Part shown: piece after piece, positions 1-13,453 of the stretch
How positions within the stretch are numbered: position 1 is the first letter of the stretch
Layout: every line of letters begins with the position of its first letter
Notes under the pieces: generated by a model
What the model was told of the DNA's origin: nothing
The model's input: the letters and a program-made list of their open reading frames with translations, nothing else
Databases searched by the model: none
NCBI GenBank assembly: GCA_002633005.1
Contig: NMRA01000002.1
Location: 512,044 to 576,043, forward strand
Origin: Phoronis australis
Taxonomy: Eukaryota > Animalia > Phoronida
Length of the DNA stretch: 64,000 nt
Direction of reading: 5' to 3'
Made by a program: the position numbers and the translations under genes

Positions 1-502
1 TATTTTTGACTCACAATTGGCGAATCTTGGATGCCGCAGAAAGGGGGCCCAACCACACACATAGGAAGGCAAAGGTCCGAATGCATTCCCAGCAGTCTCT
101 GAAGGGGACCCAAACACAGTTATAAAGAAAAATATTCGTGTAACGCCAAGAACGATATGCTGGTGGTGGTTTTAGTCGCCTGTGGGGTATGCCCTCGGGG
201 GGCCCTTCGATCGTCTGTTGACTAACCGATTCATTTTACGGAATCCTCATTCACATCCAGCTGTACTGCAATAAAGAGTCTCGCTGCATAATGTAAAAAG
301 ATGGTTGGCTGCACCTACATGCGCCTACGCCCCACTATAAGGTAACTTACGGTGTGTAGGTGCTATGTTCAAATGCCAAAAGGTGGTTGGCTGCGCCCCA
401 TTACAGCACTGCCTAAATAATAGAGATGTTACCAATATGCATTGTATTATCATATGTGTTGAAAGTAGTGGTTGAACTTCAGCATGATTCTATGACTTGC
501 AG

Positions 503-734
503 GTCTTTGCAATCATCGTGTTTGGATGTATAGCATCTGGTGGCTGGTTTGAAAGGGACAAGATCTACTTGTGCCAGATGGGCGGTGACTCCAACGCATG
601 CGGCTTCGGCACGGGTATTGGCGTTATTGCGTTCTGTGCATGTATTGGGTTTCTTGTCCTTGACGCCGTCTTCGAGCAGCTCAGTGGCATTCAGCATAGA
701 AAATATGTCGTCATGGCCGACATGGGATTCTCAG
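503..734 (+). CDS. SYNGR: Synaptogyrin, internal coding exon (MARVEL domain); first exon lies upstream of the window
   Basis: ttgcag|GTC acceptor and TCAG|gtgag donor. Translates VFAIIVFGCIASGGW...ACGFGTGIGVIAFCACIGFLVLDAVFEQLSGIQHRKYVVMADMGFS, a typical synaptogyrin sequence. Confidence 0.93.
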
Positions 735-992
735 GTGAGATTGATAATTGAAGGAACTATTAACGTGCTGACGGAAGTCTTGGTATCATTATGAAATTAA
801 AAGATGTGTAAAACTTCGTTGAAATCCTGCTTTTCTTAATAAAACATCAACTTGTGTGAGGTTCCTGAACAGTCCGCAACAGTATGTTTAATCTGCATAC
901 TTATTTACGATTCTCCATGCAACATGGGTACAAAGATAAAAAGCATTATGGAGATGATTGAAATTTCTCGTCTCATTGTCAGCTCGTGTCAG

Positions 993-1011
993 TTGCACCA
1001 CCTAGTGGCCA
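993..1011 (-). promoter_or_regulatory. Candidate CTCF-type motif
   Basis: Minus strand reads TGGCCACTAGGTGGTGCAA, close to the bilaterian CTCF core consensus. Motif match only. Confidence 0.35.
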
Positions 1012-1444
1012 CTGATTGCTACGAATCATAGTGGGAGGTCACGATTGCAGACGACCAAACCTTTGAAGGTGGCAACAGGCCATGTACACTAATTGCATCT
1101 GGTGATCGTATAGTGTCATTTCTCTGCCAGTTGGTGCAGGCTAATGTACCGACTTTCCCTTGACAGCTTTGTGTTCAAATTACAGAGACAAAAGTGGACG
1201 TATGAACTATTAGAGATGAAACTCAAGTGTTCGAACTGTTGGAAATAAAACATTGATAATAACATCGAATTACTGAAGACAATGATACCCTCGTGATAGT
1301 GGTTTGGCAATTTATATCGTATAATACGTAACAAATTATTGTCCCAGTTGATGGATTTACTTCAAGGTATAATACTTGAATGCAGTGTCACTTTATTACT
1401 TGGCGAAATAAATTTGTACATAACTTGTATCTCCAGAAGTACTG

Positions 1445-2095
1445 GGAGCCTATTGTTTTTCGTCATAATCGGATCCAAGATGGCGGCCATTTTGTTTTCA
1501 TTTAAAGGTTCAAATGCTTCTGGAGGCTACAATTTTTTACGTACAAGGCTAAGAATCGGCATAGTAAATGGACCAGAGATGTGCTACAAGAATACCGGAA
1601 ATTGTTTACTTCCGATTAAAGATGGCGGAAATATCGGCGATCGCGCATGCGCACCTCGATTTTAGCCTAAAAACGTTTTCTCCTGTAGAGGGTGCATTAT
1701 AGGGCCAATTCCTTCGAATTTTTGCAGTTATTAGTTTCTTATGACATGCTATTGTACATAGCCAAAAAACCGGAAGTTGTTTTCAAGATGGCGGATCTGG
1801 CGCATGTTGACCCATTTTCAGTCGTGCTGGAGTGCCATTTTAAACGGGAAGAGAAAAAGACATGATTTTTTTTGCATGTGGATTCTTTGAAGTATACTAG
1901 CCTTTCAAATGACCAGTAACAATTTTTTCTCAGACTTACCGTTTTCAAGTTATTTGACTTTGAAATTCTAAAAACGCAAAATTTCATTTTTTTCGAAAAA
2001 TTTATGAAATTAGGCGATACCATCAGTTTAGATAGAGTTTTGTACGGGCTTTTTTCGCTAGGATGTTTACTTTTCGAATTATCCGAGATTTTCTG
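1445..2095. repeat. Probable interspersed repeat, unclassified, boundaries approximate
   Basis: CpG-richer than its flanks, with three AAGATGGCGG copies (about 1477, 1619, 1785) and two GCGCATG motifs. No coding signal. Confidence 0.35.
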
Positions 2096-2689
2096 ATTGC
2101 GCTGTTCCTTTGTTGAGCGCTCTTGCTGCATTGATGTTGGTTTAGTTTGCTGCTATTTTGTGCAGAGTAACTCATTAATTAAGAACTCGCTGACATGGAT
2201 AAAGACCATCTTTTGGAAGCAGAGGACTAGTTTATGTCTGTAATACTTGCAAAAATGAATGAGTCTTAAAATACAGACATACTAGATGGTAGAGAGGGGC
2301 TAAAATCAATAAGAGAATTTAATAAGCCAATACCTACTACTACTGGTGTCAACAATTAATGATTCGGACATGATTGATTGGCAAACTGAGACTAAAAACT
2401 AGCAAACCATACAGGGGGAATCTGCAAGACACGATGGACTAAATCAGTTGGAAGGCTGAATGGTGATGTCATCCTTCTTGCCAGATCACTTAATTGGCCA
2501 ACGAGAGGTGCTCAACCCAAAGAAAATTAGTGTCTAGGCCTATTAAGAAATCGGTAAAATGGTGAAACGCAGATGTGAAGTATAATTCGTTAACTCCTCA
2601 GCAGTGCGTAAAAGAATGTCACAAACTGGTGGTGCTGCAATTGCTTCGTTTGTAATCTTCTAATATGCATTATGTGTTTCTTGTACCAG

Positions 2690-2844
2690 GTCTTTGGACA
2701 TTAATGTGGTTCATTTGCTTCTGCTATATGACCAACAAGTGGACAACCAACCCCAATCCAGCACCCTGGGTCGAACCCAAAGGGTTTGGTGCCAATGACG
2801 TGCAGGCCGCGATAGCCTTCTCTTTCTTCTCCATCATATCCTGG
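2690..2844 (+). CDS. SYNGR: Synaptogyrin, internal coding exon
   Basis: taccag|GT acceptor (phase 1, matches previous exon) and TGG|gtaagt donor. GLWTLMWFICFCYMTNKW...VQAAIAFSFFSIISW. Confidence 0.93.
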
Positions 2845-3052
2845 GTAAGTATAGGGGTAGTTGATACTTGGGTAGGTCTATGTGTGGATTCTTCATGGGT
2901 AAGTGTGCAGGTACTTGATACTTGGGTAGGTCTTTGTGTGGATTCTTCATGAGTAAGTGTGCAGGTAGTTGGTACTTGGGTAGGTCTGTGTGTGGATTCT
3001 TCATGAGTAAGTGTGCAGGTAGTTGATACTTGGGTAGGTCTGTGTGTGGATT
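2845..3052 (+). repeat. 54-bp minisatellite, about 3.9 clean units; degenerate copies continue to about 3365
   Basis: Units begin GTAAGT at 2845, 2899, 2953 and 3007. Consensus gtaagtgtgcaggtagttgatacttgggtaggtctgtgtgtggattcttcatg(g/a). Confidence 0.95.
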
Positions 3053-3091
3053 GAATGTGGATAAGCATCCAGGTGGGTAATGCTTGGGTAG

Positions 3092-3095
<4 letters not shown>

Positions 3096-3128
<33 letters not shown>

Positions 3129-3145
3129 CTTGCGTGCGTGCGTGC
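3096..3145. repeat. (GT)n / (GCGT)n microsatellite
   Basis: Directly visible. Confidence 0.95.
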
Positions 3146-5306
3146 TTGTATCCAGTTGGGTTACGCTTGGGTAGTTATGTGTGTGTTGATTCTATGTGCG
3201 TTGGTATGCTGGTGGGTGATGCTTAAGTAGGTCTGTGTGTGGATTAGTAGTGTGGTAAGTGTGTAGTTGGGTGTCACCTCAATAGGTATGTGTGTGGATT
3301 CTACTTGGGTAAATGTATTGGTGGTTGTTGCCTAGTTAGGTATATGTTTGGATTCTATGTGGATAAGGGTGCGGGGAGAAATTGTTGTATTGGCTTTTGC
3401 GAGAGCTGCAGTTTCAGTCTACTCACAATTATAACAGCTTTGGAAACGAAACGGGTGGCTGATATGTTTTTGCTTTGCATAGCAGGGTTAGTGGCAGGAA
3501 AATGTGTCTCAGTGCTCTTGGAACGAAGTTTCTTTGGTCTCTTTGCTGCAGCAGGAGCATTTCAAATTTCACGAAGTCATCAGTTTTATCTCACTTGGCA
3601 CGTTAGTGGACCGTCACAGAGTGATGTCAGGTTACCAGAAGTTGTGCAGCTCTTGTTTGCTCAAGTGTTTGTTCTGGCCGTCTTATCTAAAAGTCTTTTA
3701 CTCATGTTGTCACGTGTCGTGTCGTGGTAGTTGTTCTTCCTATGTAATGTAGACTTAAGGAGCTGAGGAACTAAAACTATTGAAAACGATGTGGACATTG
3801 TTTCAGTGTTTAAAATATGGAAATGTTTTTTCACTGGAGAATCGATCTTCTTAAATCAAGCATGTGTCCCCCAGAATTTTTGTAGAAAATGTCTGAATGA
3901 AGTTGCTGCTATTTTGAAGCAGTGCACTCTTTATGCAGTCTTCTTTGTTTTTAACTTTTTATTCTTAGCAGTGCTAGATAAATCTTATACGTTGGTTAGC
4001 TGGGATCAAAGAATTGGAATTTCTAGTCTACGTATTTCAAATAAATCTGTAACATTAAGTGTACAATCATGTACTAGTGATTTTTTTATTTTTTATTTAT
4101 AACCTCTTTGTTTATGCTGTTGTCAGTGATATCCTGAATTGATCCGCTTATATTCTGTCGAGCAGTGCTGCAAACCCGTTCAAATCAATAAAACAGACTA
4201 GCCTATTGATTGGTTTTTATCTGTGCGAGTATTCCCGAAGGAGTCATGGGTTTTATGTTTTATCACTAGGTAGTTGGCGAGTTATTTAAAAAAGCCTGCT
4301 ATGGTATCAGTCATCTTATTCGATGCATGCAAATACCAGGCACTTACTTTTGCCTTAGCTGTAAATTTACTGCTTCAATGCTTGCACCAAGGTTAGGGGA
4401 AACCTTTGCAAGTTGAAATGGTGACATTTGTGATAGAGCCCAACCTGGTTGGTACCGTGTCAACATTCTCACCAGGATTTTATTGTTTGGTGGCATCACC
4501 ACTGATAAAAGTTTGAACCCCTGTACTTAAATATCGTGCATAAATTTTGATCCACAGGAACTGAAACTATGAAAATCACAGAATCTCTTGTTAATGAAAC
4601 TCAGCTTCAGATGAAAATAGAATGCACTGTAGCACACTGTGTTGTTTTGCACTCTGAGGTGGGTGTGTTGAGAGCGCTGCAATAATAGTGAGGTGAAGCG
4701 CTAGATATTAACAGATGCCGTACAGTTTATTGTGACATTTTCCCCAGTGTTACCAATGTATAAGTTCATCTCATCGACTGCGTTTAGTGCCGAACGGCTG
4801 TTAATAGAGTGGGTGACATTGATTTTCTTCTTGTGAATACTCAATTCTTACACTCTTCAGCCTCCATGCTGGCTGTAAATGGCCTTGTTAATGGTGGTGA
4901 AGTACATTAATTATTTTCGCTTTAATTGTTGCCATTTGCATAAAGAGCCTTTTTACAAGCCTTAATCCAATATCCTACATGTTGTAAGTTTCTAAAAGAG
5001 ACCTTATTGATGACAGTATGAGCACTGAGTGAGTATTTAGTCATTAGGCACTGTGAATTATTGGAATCGAGAATATTAGGGAACTGTGGGGAAGATACCT
5101 TTCTCTTATTTGTGTTTGGAATATACTGCATTAGTTAAATTAAGAATACTAAATCCAACACATGGCTGGCCATGGCAAATACTTAAATTGGCAAAAAACG
5201 TGTTCCATCCACGAAATGGACTGTTGATGTAGAACGCATACTGGTATGAAACTTGGTCTCAACTTGTTCCTATTTTATGAGAAGTGATATCTGACTTTAT
5301 TCATTG

Positions 5307-5402
5307 AGACCATGCTTAGCACATAAAATGACAAACCATGACGATCCCTCTTGTAGACCATGCTTAGCACATAAAATGACAAACCATGACCATCCCTCTT
5401 GT
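5307..5402. repeat. 48-bp tandem duplication (2 copies, 1 mismatch)
   Basis: agaccatgcttagcacataaaatgacaaaccatgac(g/c)atccctcttgt at 5307 and 5355. Confidence 0.92.
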
Positions 5403-5661
5403 AGAGCTTGGTCTTGAGCTCTCAAACTGTTTGTTCTTTCAAACTCGAAGCTGTGAAATCAATTCCATTGCGACTGAGGAATAATTTGAGACCATATTTA
5501 TAATGGCAAGTGGTCTAAAAATAATTACATGCGGTCTAATACATGTTGTAGGCTGCTTAAGTGGCTTCATTGCACTGATACCTGGAACCATTTTTATGCC
5601 TTATTGATACATATATTTAAAACCGAACCGAGGAGGTAGAGACTTGATTCGAGGGTCTAGC

Positions 5662-5727
5662 AGCGCCCCCAGTGGGACTCGAATCCACGACCTTCAGTTA
5701 AGGAAGTATACACACATCTCACTAGGC
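5662..5727 (-). mobile_element. tRNA-derived SINE head or tRNA pseudogene
   Basis: Minus strand gcctagtg...aaggtcgtggattcgagtcccactggggg, with a B-box-like T arm and a degenerate D arm. No intact cloverleaf. Confidence 0.5.
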
Positions 5728-6154
5728 TGTTTTGATGATGGAAGATGGGTTTACCGGCGCTTCAAGTTTTATTTTTACAGAAATTGGAAGTCTGTTCTTT
5801 GAAATGATGTTTCGTCTAGTTTTGTTTGTTATAATTCACTTAATATTTAAGAAAAAGAAGCCATTAATCGCAACTTGAAAAAGCTGTCCTAATACGAAGT
5901 GACTTCTTTCTTATGTAAGGCCAATGCCGCATCGCCTATTTCAGAGGTTATATATTTTGTCTCTGTGTTCAGTTCAATAGTATTATATGTAATGCCAAGT
6001 AAAATAAAAGCACTCACAAAATCTGTATCTGCTACATGAGCCACTATGTCCAATTACATTTCCACCGAGTCTAGATGCATTTTGTTGTGTTGGTACATGG
6101 TAATGTACTTAAATTACAATAATATATAATAACGTGTAATGGATTTTATTTCAG

Positions 6155-6364
6155 GCAGCCCTCACCGTCTTAGCTGTTCTACGGTACCGCCAGGGAGTCA
6201 CCGAAGACTTTGCTCCTTCGGGTTACGAAACTGAGGGCGGACAGGCACCCTACTCTGGCTACCCCAGTGGTGGAATGGGTCCGTCGGACTCGTATCAGGA
6301 GCCCCCGTTCAACTCAAACCAAGATGAGAAGACAGCCCCGGACTACCAGCCTCCTACGTATTAA
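6155..6364 (+). CDS. SYNGR: Synaptogyrin, last coding exon (Tyr/Pro/Gly-rich cytoplasmic tail)
   Basis: tttcag|GCA acceptor, phase 0. AALTVLAVLRYRQGVTEDFAPSGY...YQEPPF...DYQPPTY then TAA at 6362-6364. This frame is not in the ORF track. Confidence 0.92.
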   Translation, partial: AALTVLAVLRYRQGVTEDFAPSGYETEGGQAPYSGYPSGGMGPSDSYQEPPFNSNQDEKTAPDYQPPTY

Positions 6365-9300
6365 ACAAACGGTGTTCTGCTTGGACTGTTGGAGAGCAGT
6401 GTCACTAAGCTTTACACAGGGCTAATGTCATGGTCAGACTGTTGGCCTCTTAGGTCATGCTAAGTCAAGGAGTTCTCAAGTTTTTCTCATATGTACTTCC
6501 TTCACCATACACTCTTACCAGGGTCCAGGCTCTAATTTTTGTACTTGAACTTATTGTTGACATTTCCTCCTCTACATTTGTGTGAACTCAAAACAAGTGA
6601 CATGTTTTTCTCTGCTCAAGTATGTTATGGTTTATGCTGATGATTGCCTAGTCCAGCTTCACCCTTGACGATCCCTAGATTCAAGCTGCAAACTCGAGTA
6701 TAAACTTGAATTTTCGAGTTTGGGCTTGAATTCATAGTATTCATGCTGGGGTCATCAAGTGCAAACCAAGAGTTGACATTCATAAACGTAAACCATAATG
6801 TACTTAGTCACAGAATAATAGATACTTATCTCATAAAGGTAGAACTCAGAAGTAAAAAATAATTTGAGTACAAAGATTAGAACAGGATCGTAGATGTTAT
6901 GTAATCATTGGAACAGTTGTACTGTGGTGTTTCATTTCGTTGATCGCTGATACTGCGTGTTCGTCATTATTGCCCAGGTCATTAAGGTTATGTAGGACCA
7001 CAATATCCAAATAGCCAAATATCTGCAAAACTATAGATACTAAGTCGGTATTTTTGAAGGAAGAAAGTCTTCAGAATTTGATTTTCGAATTTTTACCATT
7101 TTTGTATTGATTGGGTCACGTGGACATGTGTTTTACTAAAATTTAGCAAAAAAGAAAGGTACATTGAAAGCAAAGCAACAGCATCAATGTCATGATCAAG
7201 AATTTATTTTATTTGATATAAATGTTGTTACAGTTTTCTAAAATAATTTGCTTTCATGAAAATCATATGTCATATTTTGGATATCTCCTTGTGCGAACGT
7301 GGAACATTTTAAAAACAATTGCTGATAGTCTTTTGGAGAATAGTGCATAAAGCATAAAATCTAAAAGTTTCATGTGAATCCAGTCAGCTTGTTATTGAGA
7401 TATGATATTTCAAATTTATCCAAATTTGGACATTTTTCTAGGGCCCTACATAACTTTAAGAGACGTAACTCCAAATGAGGTCTATGTGAATGCTAAAATG
7501 AGTTTAAAAATTGGACAATTTAGCTCTCCTAAACTGTTTCCAAAGGCTAGAATGACTGTTAAAACGCCTAGCACTCAGAACTTTATATACGTGATCTGTG
7601 AATACTGGAATAACTTAGATAGCGTGCCATTTTCGTTTTTAAACATTGGTGAACTGGTTGGTTAGAATGATAAATATGTGTTGTAATTATTCAGCTGTTG
7701 TTCAAGTCCATAATTTTTTGTGGTGGGGTTGGATGTATGAGGTAATGGATGCTTATTAGTTGAAAGTGACTGTGCTTTGTAACTATAGTGTATGAGGACC
7801 AAGACATATGAAGCCACAACACTGATCGCTCCCTGTTTACAGCCTACTGACAATCACTCATGGAAATGAGAGTTTTGTATGTGAGCTGATTGGTCAGTTG
7901 AATCGCTTTTCTCATTATTTGCCATTTTCTTTTTTTTCCGGGTACACAAGTTTTCTACAACTTCCGCACTTCTGTTTATGTTGCCTTTCAAATACTGTTT
8001 CAATCGAACTGTGTTACAATGAACCCTGGAGGGACTTCCTAATGCGTTCACTCTAAGTAAAGTTTACTGCAACTAAAGTATGTTACATGCAGTACAGTTG
8101 ACTTGAAACTTATGGAATGGAATGTTATACACGAGCAAGCATAATGAAATGGGCGAGTTGTAACACAATTTGACTGTTCTAGAAATCTTCAGAGGTAACG
8201 CTTACCAACAGTAGAGTTTGTAACTTAACAATAGACAAAGAAATTAAATGTTGAGAGATTTAGTTGTGTTCAATGTCGTTCTAAATACCACCAGCACTAT
8301 GGTAAAATGTCACCAATTTATGACACAATATGGCAAATTTATTTTCTCACTTTTAACAAAAGATATGTTGCACCAAATTATTGCTGTTCCATGTTCAAAT
8401 TGCGCAATTATTGTTTGTGAGATTTTACCATGTGTGTTTCGGTATCTTATGATTTGAAAGCTGTTATTATTAAACAAATTGCAGTTCATTTTGGGGCTCA
8501 TTAAGATGTTTGGTTATGCTTGTGATGATTCTTTATGATAATTGTTTTCTTTGTAATTCCTGTTATTAACCTCTAAAGGTATATATGTATATAAAGCTTT
8601 TGTCAGCTCAATTTAAATTTTGTTTTCTTTGTATTTGTTGTAGTTAATAATATATTCATTGAAAATAAATTTTGTTTGAAATCTCTTGTAGCATTCGTAC
8701 GGTGGTTGTAGATATATTTGTCTGTTATGAGGCGACAGATTTATAGGTTGCGCATGGTTAGTTTGTTATGTATATATTCTTGGCAATGTTTTAGAAATGT
8801 GAAGTGTTGAGATGTATATATACATGAATGTTGGTGGCAGAAATGGTTATTACACGATTTGTTGTGTCCGGATTTTAGATTCTACAGTTGCTGGTGTTAT
8901 ATGTCAACTATATCTAGAACGTGGTAGAAATCACGTCATGATGCTACACTCATAAGGCTTTCCACTACTCGTCTACGAACCTGCATTACTGTATGCTAAA
9001 CCAACAAGTCCAATAGCAGTGATTGTTTACATGTCTCGTTAGCAGTCGTTTTTTATAGCATTTTCTTTAAGCTTGATAAGGCCTGCGTCAAAGGTATGCC
9101 TGCAACCAAAATTTTCCCCAGTTCTTGTAAGGAAAAAGTTTTGTTTTGCTTGGCGAGATTAGGAGCTACTAGGCTACGTTTCTTTTGAGTTATGGCTTCA
9201 GTCAAGAATTTGGTGTATAGCATGATTAGATTGACTGGAAATTTTGAATAAAAGTGCTAAAAATATGGTTGTGTACTTCGTGTGTGATCATGTGGTTTCA

Positions 9301-10077
9301 CTTTTGCAAAGTCTGGTATGCGTTTCTTCATAGCCGCAGTGCAAAAATGAGATTCTGTGGTCAAAAACATCAGAATTGGTCATAAAATTTATTTTCATAA
9401 AATTTATTTTAAAGCCTGTTGTGGCTGTTCAATAGAAAAATATCTAAAAAAGTTTCTTAAATTACAAAAATAACAGAAACAATATCTATACAAGTTAAGT
9501 GCACTCAAACACACAAAAGAGCTTTACTGACTACAACTTTCACACAAACACTTGGCCACAGTACTAAAATGCATACGTAGGTGTAAATGAATTAAAATGA
9601 AAAATAGACCTTCGCGAGACGAGAAACAACGTGGATTTTCTTCCACTTTCCTTGGCCTTGTGCCGCTAACCTGGAGAGAAAACCAAGATGTCGTCAGACT
9701 TTGCAAAATCTGGAGAATTTCTAGCCTGTCTTGGCAAAATGGTGGCCACCTTTGTGATAGGTCAGTGAGGTTGTTTTGTTGGAATTGTGGGACTGAGTAA
9801 AGTGTCTCCATTTTATAAGTGAAGATATTTCGCAACAAATGCAAGAGCTAATGCCTTGCGGTCTAGAGAACTTGACCATGATACTGAACACTCAAAATTC
9901 GCCCGAGGTATGCAGGATGCAGACATGCGAGGTTGTGCAACACCATGCATTTTTGTCCCATTTTTGTTAAGTCTGGAAACCCAAAAGTGGTCTATTGGTC
10001 AAAGGAACACGACATTTCAAAACAGCTATTTGTAAAAGGATCCTTCAAAATGGACATGGATCTCAAAAACGGGTGAA

Positions 10078-10229
10078 CAGTCGAAACTTGTTACAACGAA
10101 CTTGCGTTACATTCCTCAAGTCACAAACCAACTTTACTCTAAGCAAACTGTGTTGGTTACATTGAACTTCAGTTACAATGAACGTTTTAGAAATGTCTTG
10201 GAAGGATTCGTTGTAATGAGATATGACTG
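10078..10229. mobile_element. Degenerate Tigger/pogo-like MITE
   Basis: Left end cagtcgaaacttgttacaacgaa pairs imperfectly with right end ttcgttgtaatgagatatgactg. Confidence 0.55.
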
Positions 10230-13203
10230 AACAACTAAAGTGGAAGACTCCAGAAGCAACATCAGCTGATTACACGGGACGGGTGACTCGCACCTCCAAC
10301 TGGAGGTACTTCTTTGCAGCGGGTAGCATAGCGGAACATGTTTGACTTCAGGAAAAGACCTTTTTACAGTGTTTTTGATTGACGCAAATGTGATGCATTT
10401 TAACGAAAAATGACAGTCTTCACGTCCTCTAGAGGCCACTAGTGTTCAGTCCCACGTAATCCGTCACAATGCTGTTACTTGAAAGTCTCCTTTTACATCA
10501 AATTGTTTCTTAATAGAAACTACTTTACCAAGGCAATACATAGCATAAAATACGTATTAAGTAGTCTAATGCCTATTCAAACAATAAGCCAACAAATCAA
10601 ATAGATGACTAGGATGAAGTGATGGGCAAATATACATTTAGCCGAGAAAAGACTAACTTAAAGAAGTGTGCAGGAAATAATCTCAAAAAAACGGAAGATT
10701 TTTTCTTGCCCTTTAGTTTCAACTCAAGGTTCAATAAACAACATGCCTCAAAAATTACATCTCAGTAAAATCTGTCACTCCAAAGCAAAGAAGTATTCTT
10801 CAATGCAAAAAATTTTGTTCCACCAATACGCTGTTTACATGATATCAGTATATCAGAGAGCACCAAAAGTTACCTACTGAAAAGTATGACACTCGGGCAG
10901 TCTCTGTAAAAATAAAGTTTGTTCACTTTTCAAAAAAGATTAATGAAACTCAACAAATTCTATTTACTTTCCAACACCACTTTCCTGTGTGTGCTCAATT
11001 TTCTCACAATTCAACATCGACATCCTTTGCAAAGTCTACATTAAGATCATAACTTTCATAAAACTGAAAAATATTGACAGACCCAGTTCTTTACATAACA
11101 AAGAAATGAAGTTTCTGTCAATATGATATCCATTAAAATATTCTAATTCACAAGAACGGCTGGATTTTACCCCTATTTAGTATTTGGTGAAGTAGATGAA
11201 TTCACAGACTGAGTACTAGTTCTGAACAGTGTATAAAACTACAACAATGCACAAATCCAGAGAACTTTATACCGATTGCACATGAAGTCATATGAACAAT
11301 GAATTATGGGAAAGTGCTAATGCGTCAAATCTAGGGACGTGACAGACGACATGTCACAGAAAAACATGTCACTTAGATGTAACAAATCTGTTGCAGTTAT
11401 GTAGACAAGTGTGAAAGCTCTTGGTTAGCATAGTGGCTAGTGAGAAACTACACTAATTGAGACACAAACCAAGAGACGTGTCACTCCCAAGATCAAAGAG
11501 ATGGACTCCATAAACTTCTGCAATGGAATATATTTCATAGATCCATAACTTAGTGCTTACAGTAAAATTTTACTCGCAAATTTTGGACAAAAATATTGGA
11601 TGAAATTGATTTTTGATTCTTTCAAAGGCATATTAAACTATGAAGGTCTAATTTCTCAAAACATTGCCTGATCATAGCAATGGCGTATAACTTAAAATGT
11701 TAATTAAATCCACTTGTATGGTTCCACAGACCTTTACCAAAATATGAAAATATGAAAATTCAATTGTACGCCTTATTATGTCCTAAATTGGTGAGATTGT
11801 GCAGCACCTCTAACACGCACACATGCTGGGGCATTTCAAAAAACGAAGAGACAATGCGCTCGCCAAACCTTCGAGGAAATGAGTATACAAAAAGTCCGAG
11901 AAGCCAACCAAGGGGACTGAACCAAAAACTACTTTGACTGCACCTTCAAATCCAGTGTCTGGACACTCAGCTGGATGTCAGTAGGTGCATGAAGACCTGA
12001 GGTCTGCTTCATTACATGTGACTTAAGACTGCAGTCACAAATTTGGTCTTTCGCGCCACACAACTATTTCTGAAAAATAACTAAATCTCACTTCTGCAAA
12101 AGTACAAATTGTCTGAGAAAATACATATAGGTTGTAGTTACTGAAAAAACTTTCTAAAATTATTTCTAGACTGTGATCCGCTCAAAATAATTAGGTACAC
12201 CCTTTTCAGCAGTTTTGAAGTGACCAAATTTCTGTCTCTTGTGTTACTTTCGTGAAACAAAGCCCTGGTGTGATCACAAACCATAGGCTGAGTGACTTAT
12301 AAGTCGTGAATAGATTACCCAAGTGCAGCCATGCGGCCGAAGTATTCATGAGCCTGGTCACAGAACTGATTGCCCATCGCTAGTTACACTTGTGATCACA
12401 GTCTACTTAAAGATCAAATCAAATCAAACAAACCTAAAAATAGTAATTAAATTACTAAATACTAACTACTTAAATTAAAATCAGTTAAAACGACCTATGT
12501 CTTGTAATTCCGTAAAAGCTGACACAGAAAAAATGTACAAAGAAAAGTTCATTTTTAAAAGTTGTTTTCAGCATTTGTTGCACTCCTTAATTATGACAAC
12601 CTTTAAATGTTCTTAACTGAACAAAAACGGCAATAAAGTCTTAACATGCTTTTTGATTTTTTCAACACTAATATTGTTCAATACTGCAGCTCAAGTGTAA
12701 CTTGGCAACTGTTTTAGGTCAGGCTTAAATATACCATGTTTTCACAACAAGTAATAGGAGAACCAGTAATATCAACAGCCTCATTACAATTAAGATGCAA
12801 TATCAGATAAATTCTGTGGGATAACCAAGGCAGGCTGGTGTATAAGTATCCACAACATGAACTTTGACCCAAGGCCCACTCAGAAAAATGTATGAATCTA
12901 GGTCACGTGCAGCAAAGAAACTGTCACATTTCAAAGAAGGCCAACCCTTGAGCTTGAGACAAAGTAAGCTCCAATTAGTGTGTTATGAAACAGTCCACTA
13001 TTAGGGAAACTGAAACTATATCCAAACATGGTTTGTAAGACCAATTCATTGACCGTCCATAAGAGCAGTGCCTCGACAACAAGGCAGTGTTCCATAGCCT
13101 TGAGACACTCATGAGAAAAGCTAGCTTGATCATGTGCTTTAGTTGTAGTGCATGACAATATATCACTAAGTCTTACATGATCTTGCATTTTCATGAGTTT
13201 CTT

Positions 13204-13453
13204 AGGTCTGCTGAACACAACCCGCGTCAAGCCTCTACATACAACAAGGTCTGCAGACAACAACCCAGGTCAAGCTTCTACATACAACAAGGTCTGCAGA
13301 CAACAACCCAGGTCAAGCCTCTACATACAACTAAGTCTGCAGACAACAACCCAGGTCAAGCTTCTACATACAACAAGGTCTGCAGACAACAACCCAGGTC
13401 AAGCCTCTACATACAACAAGGTCTGCAGACAACAACCCAGGTCAAGCTTCTAC
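13204..13453. repeat. 43-bp VNTR, about 6 units (copy A)
   Basis: caagc(c/t)tctacatacaacaaggtctgcagacaacaacccaggt with anchors at 13228, 13271, 13314, 13357, 13400 and 13443. Confidence 0.95.

Noticed and set aside
2845-3052. Regularly spaced repeats resembling a CRISPR array (also 13204-13453)
   Set aside because: Units are contiguous with no unique spacers, there are no cas genes, and the context is eukaryotic.
2724-3068. 114-aa minus-strand ORF with THRPTQVSTTCTLTHEES repeats
   Set aside because: Antisense translation of the 54-bp minisatellite. It is open only because the unit length is a multiple of three.
3290-3730. 146-aa hydrophobic ORF in a synaptogyrin intron
   Set aside because: GTG start inside degenerate repeat, T/G-rich composition bias, and no recognisable motif. 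Synaptogyrin is complete without it.
5662-5727. Functional tRNA gene (also 42354-42416 and 44470-44536)
   Set aside because: A/B-box-like motifs are present, but I could not fold acceptor and anticodon stems. tRNAscan-SE would settle it.
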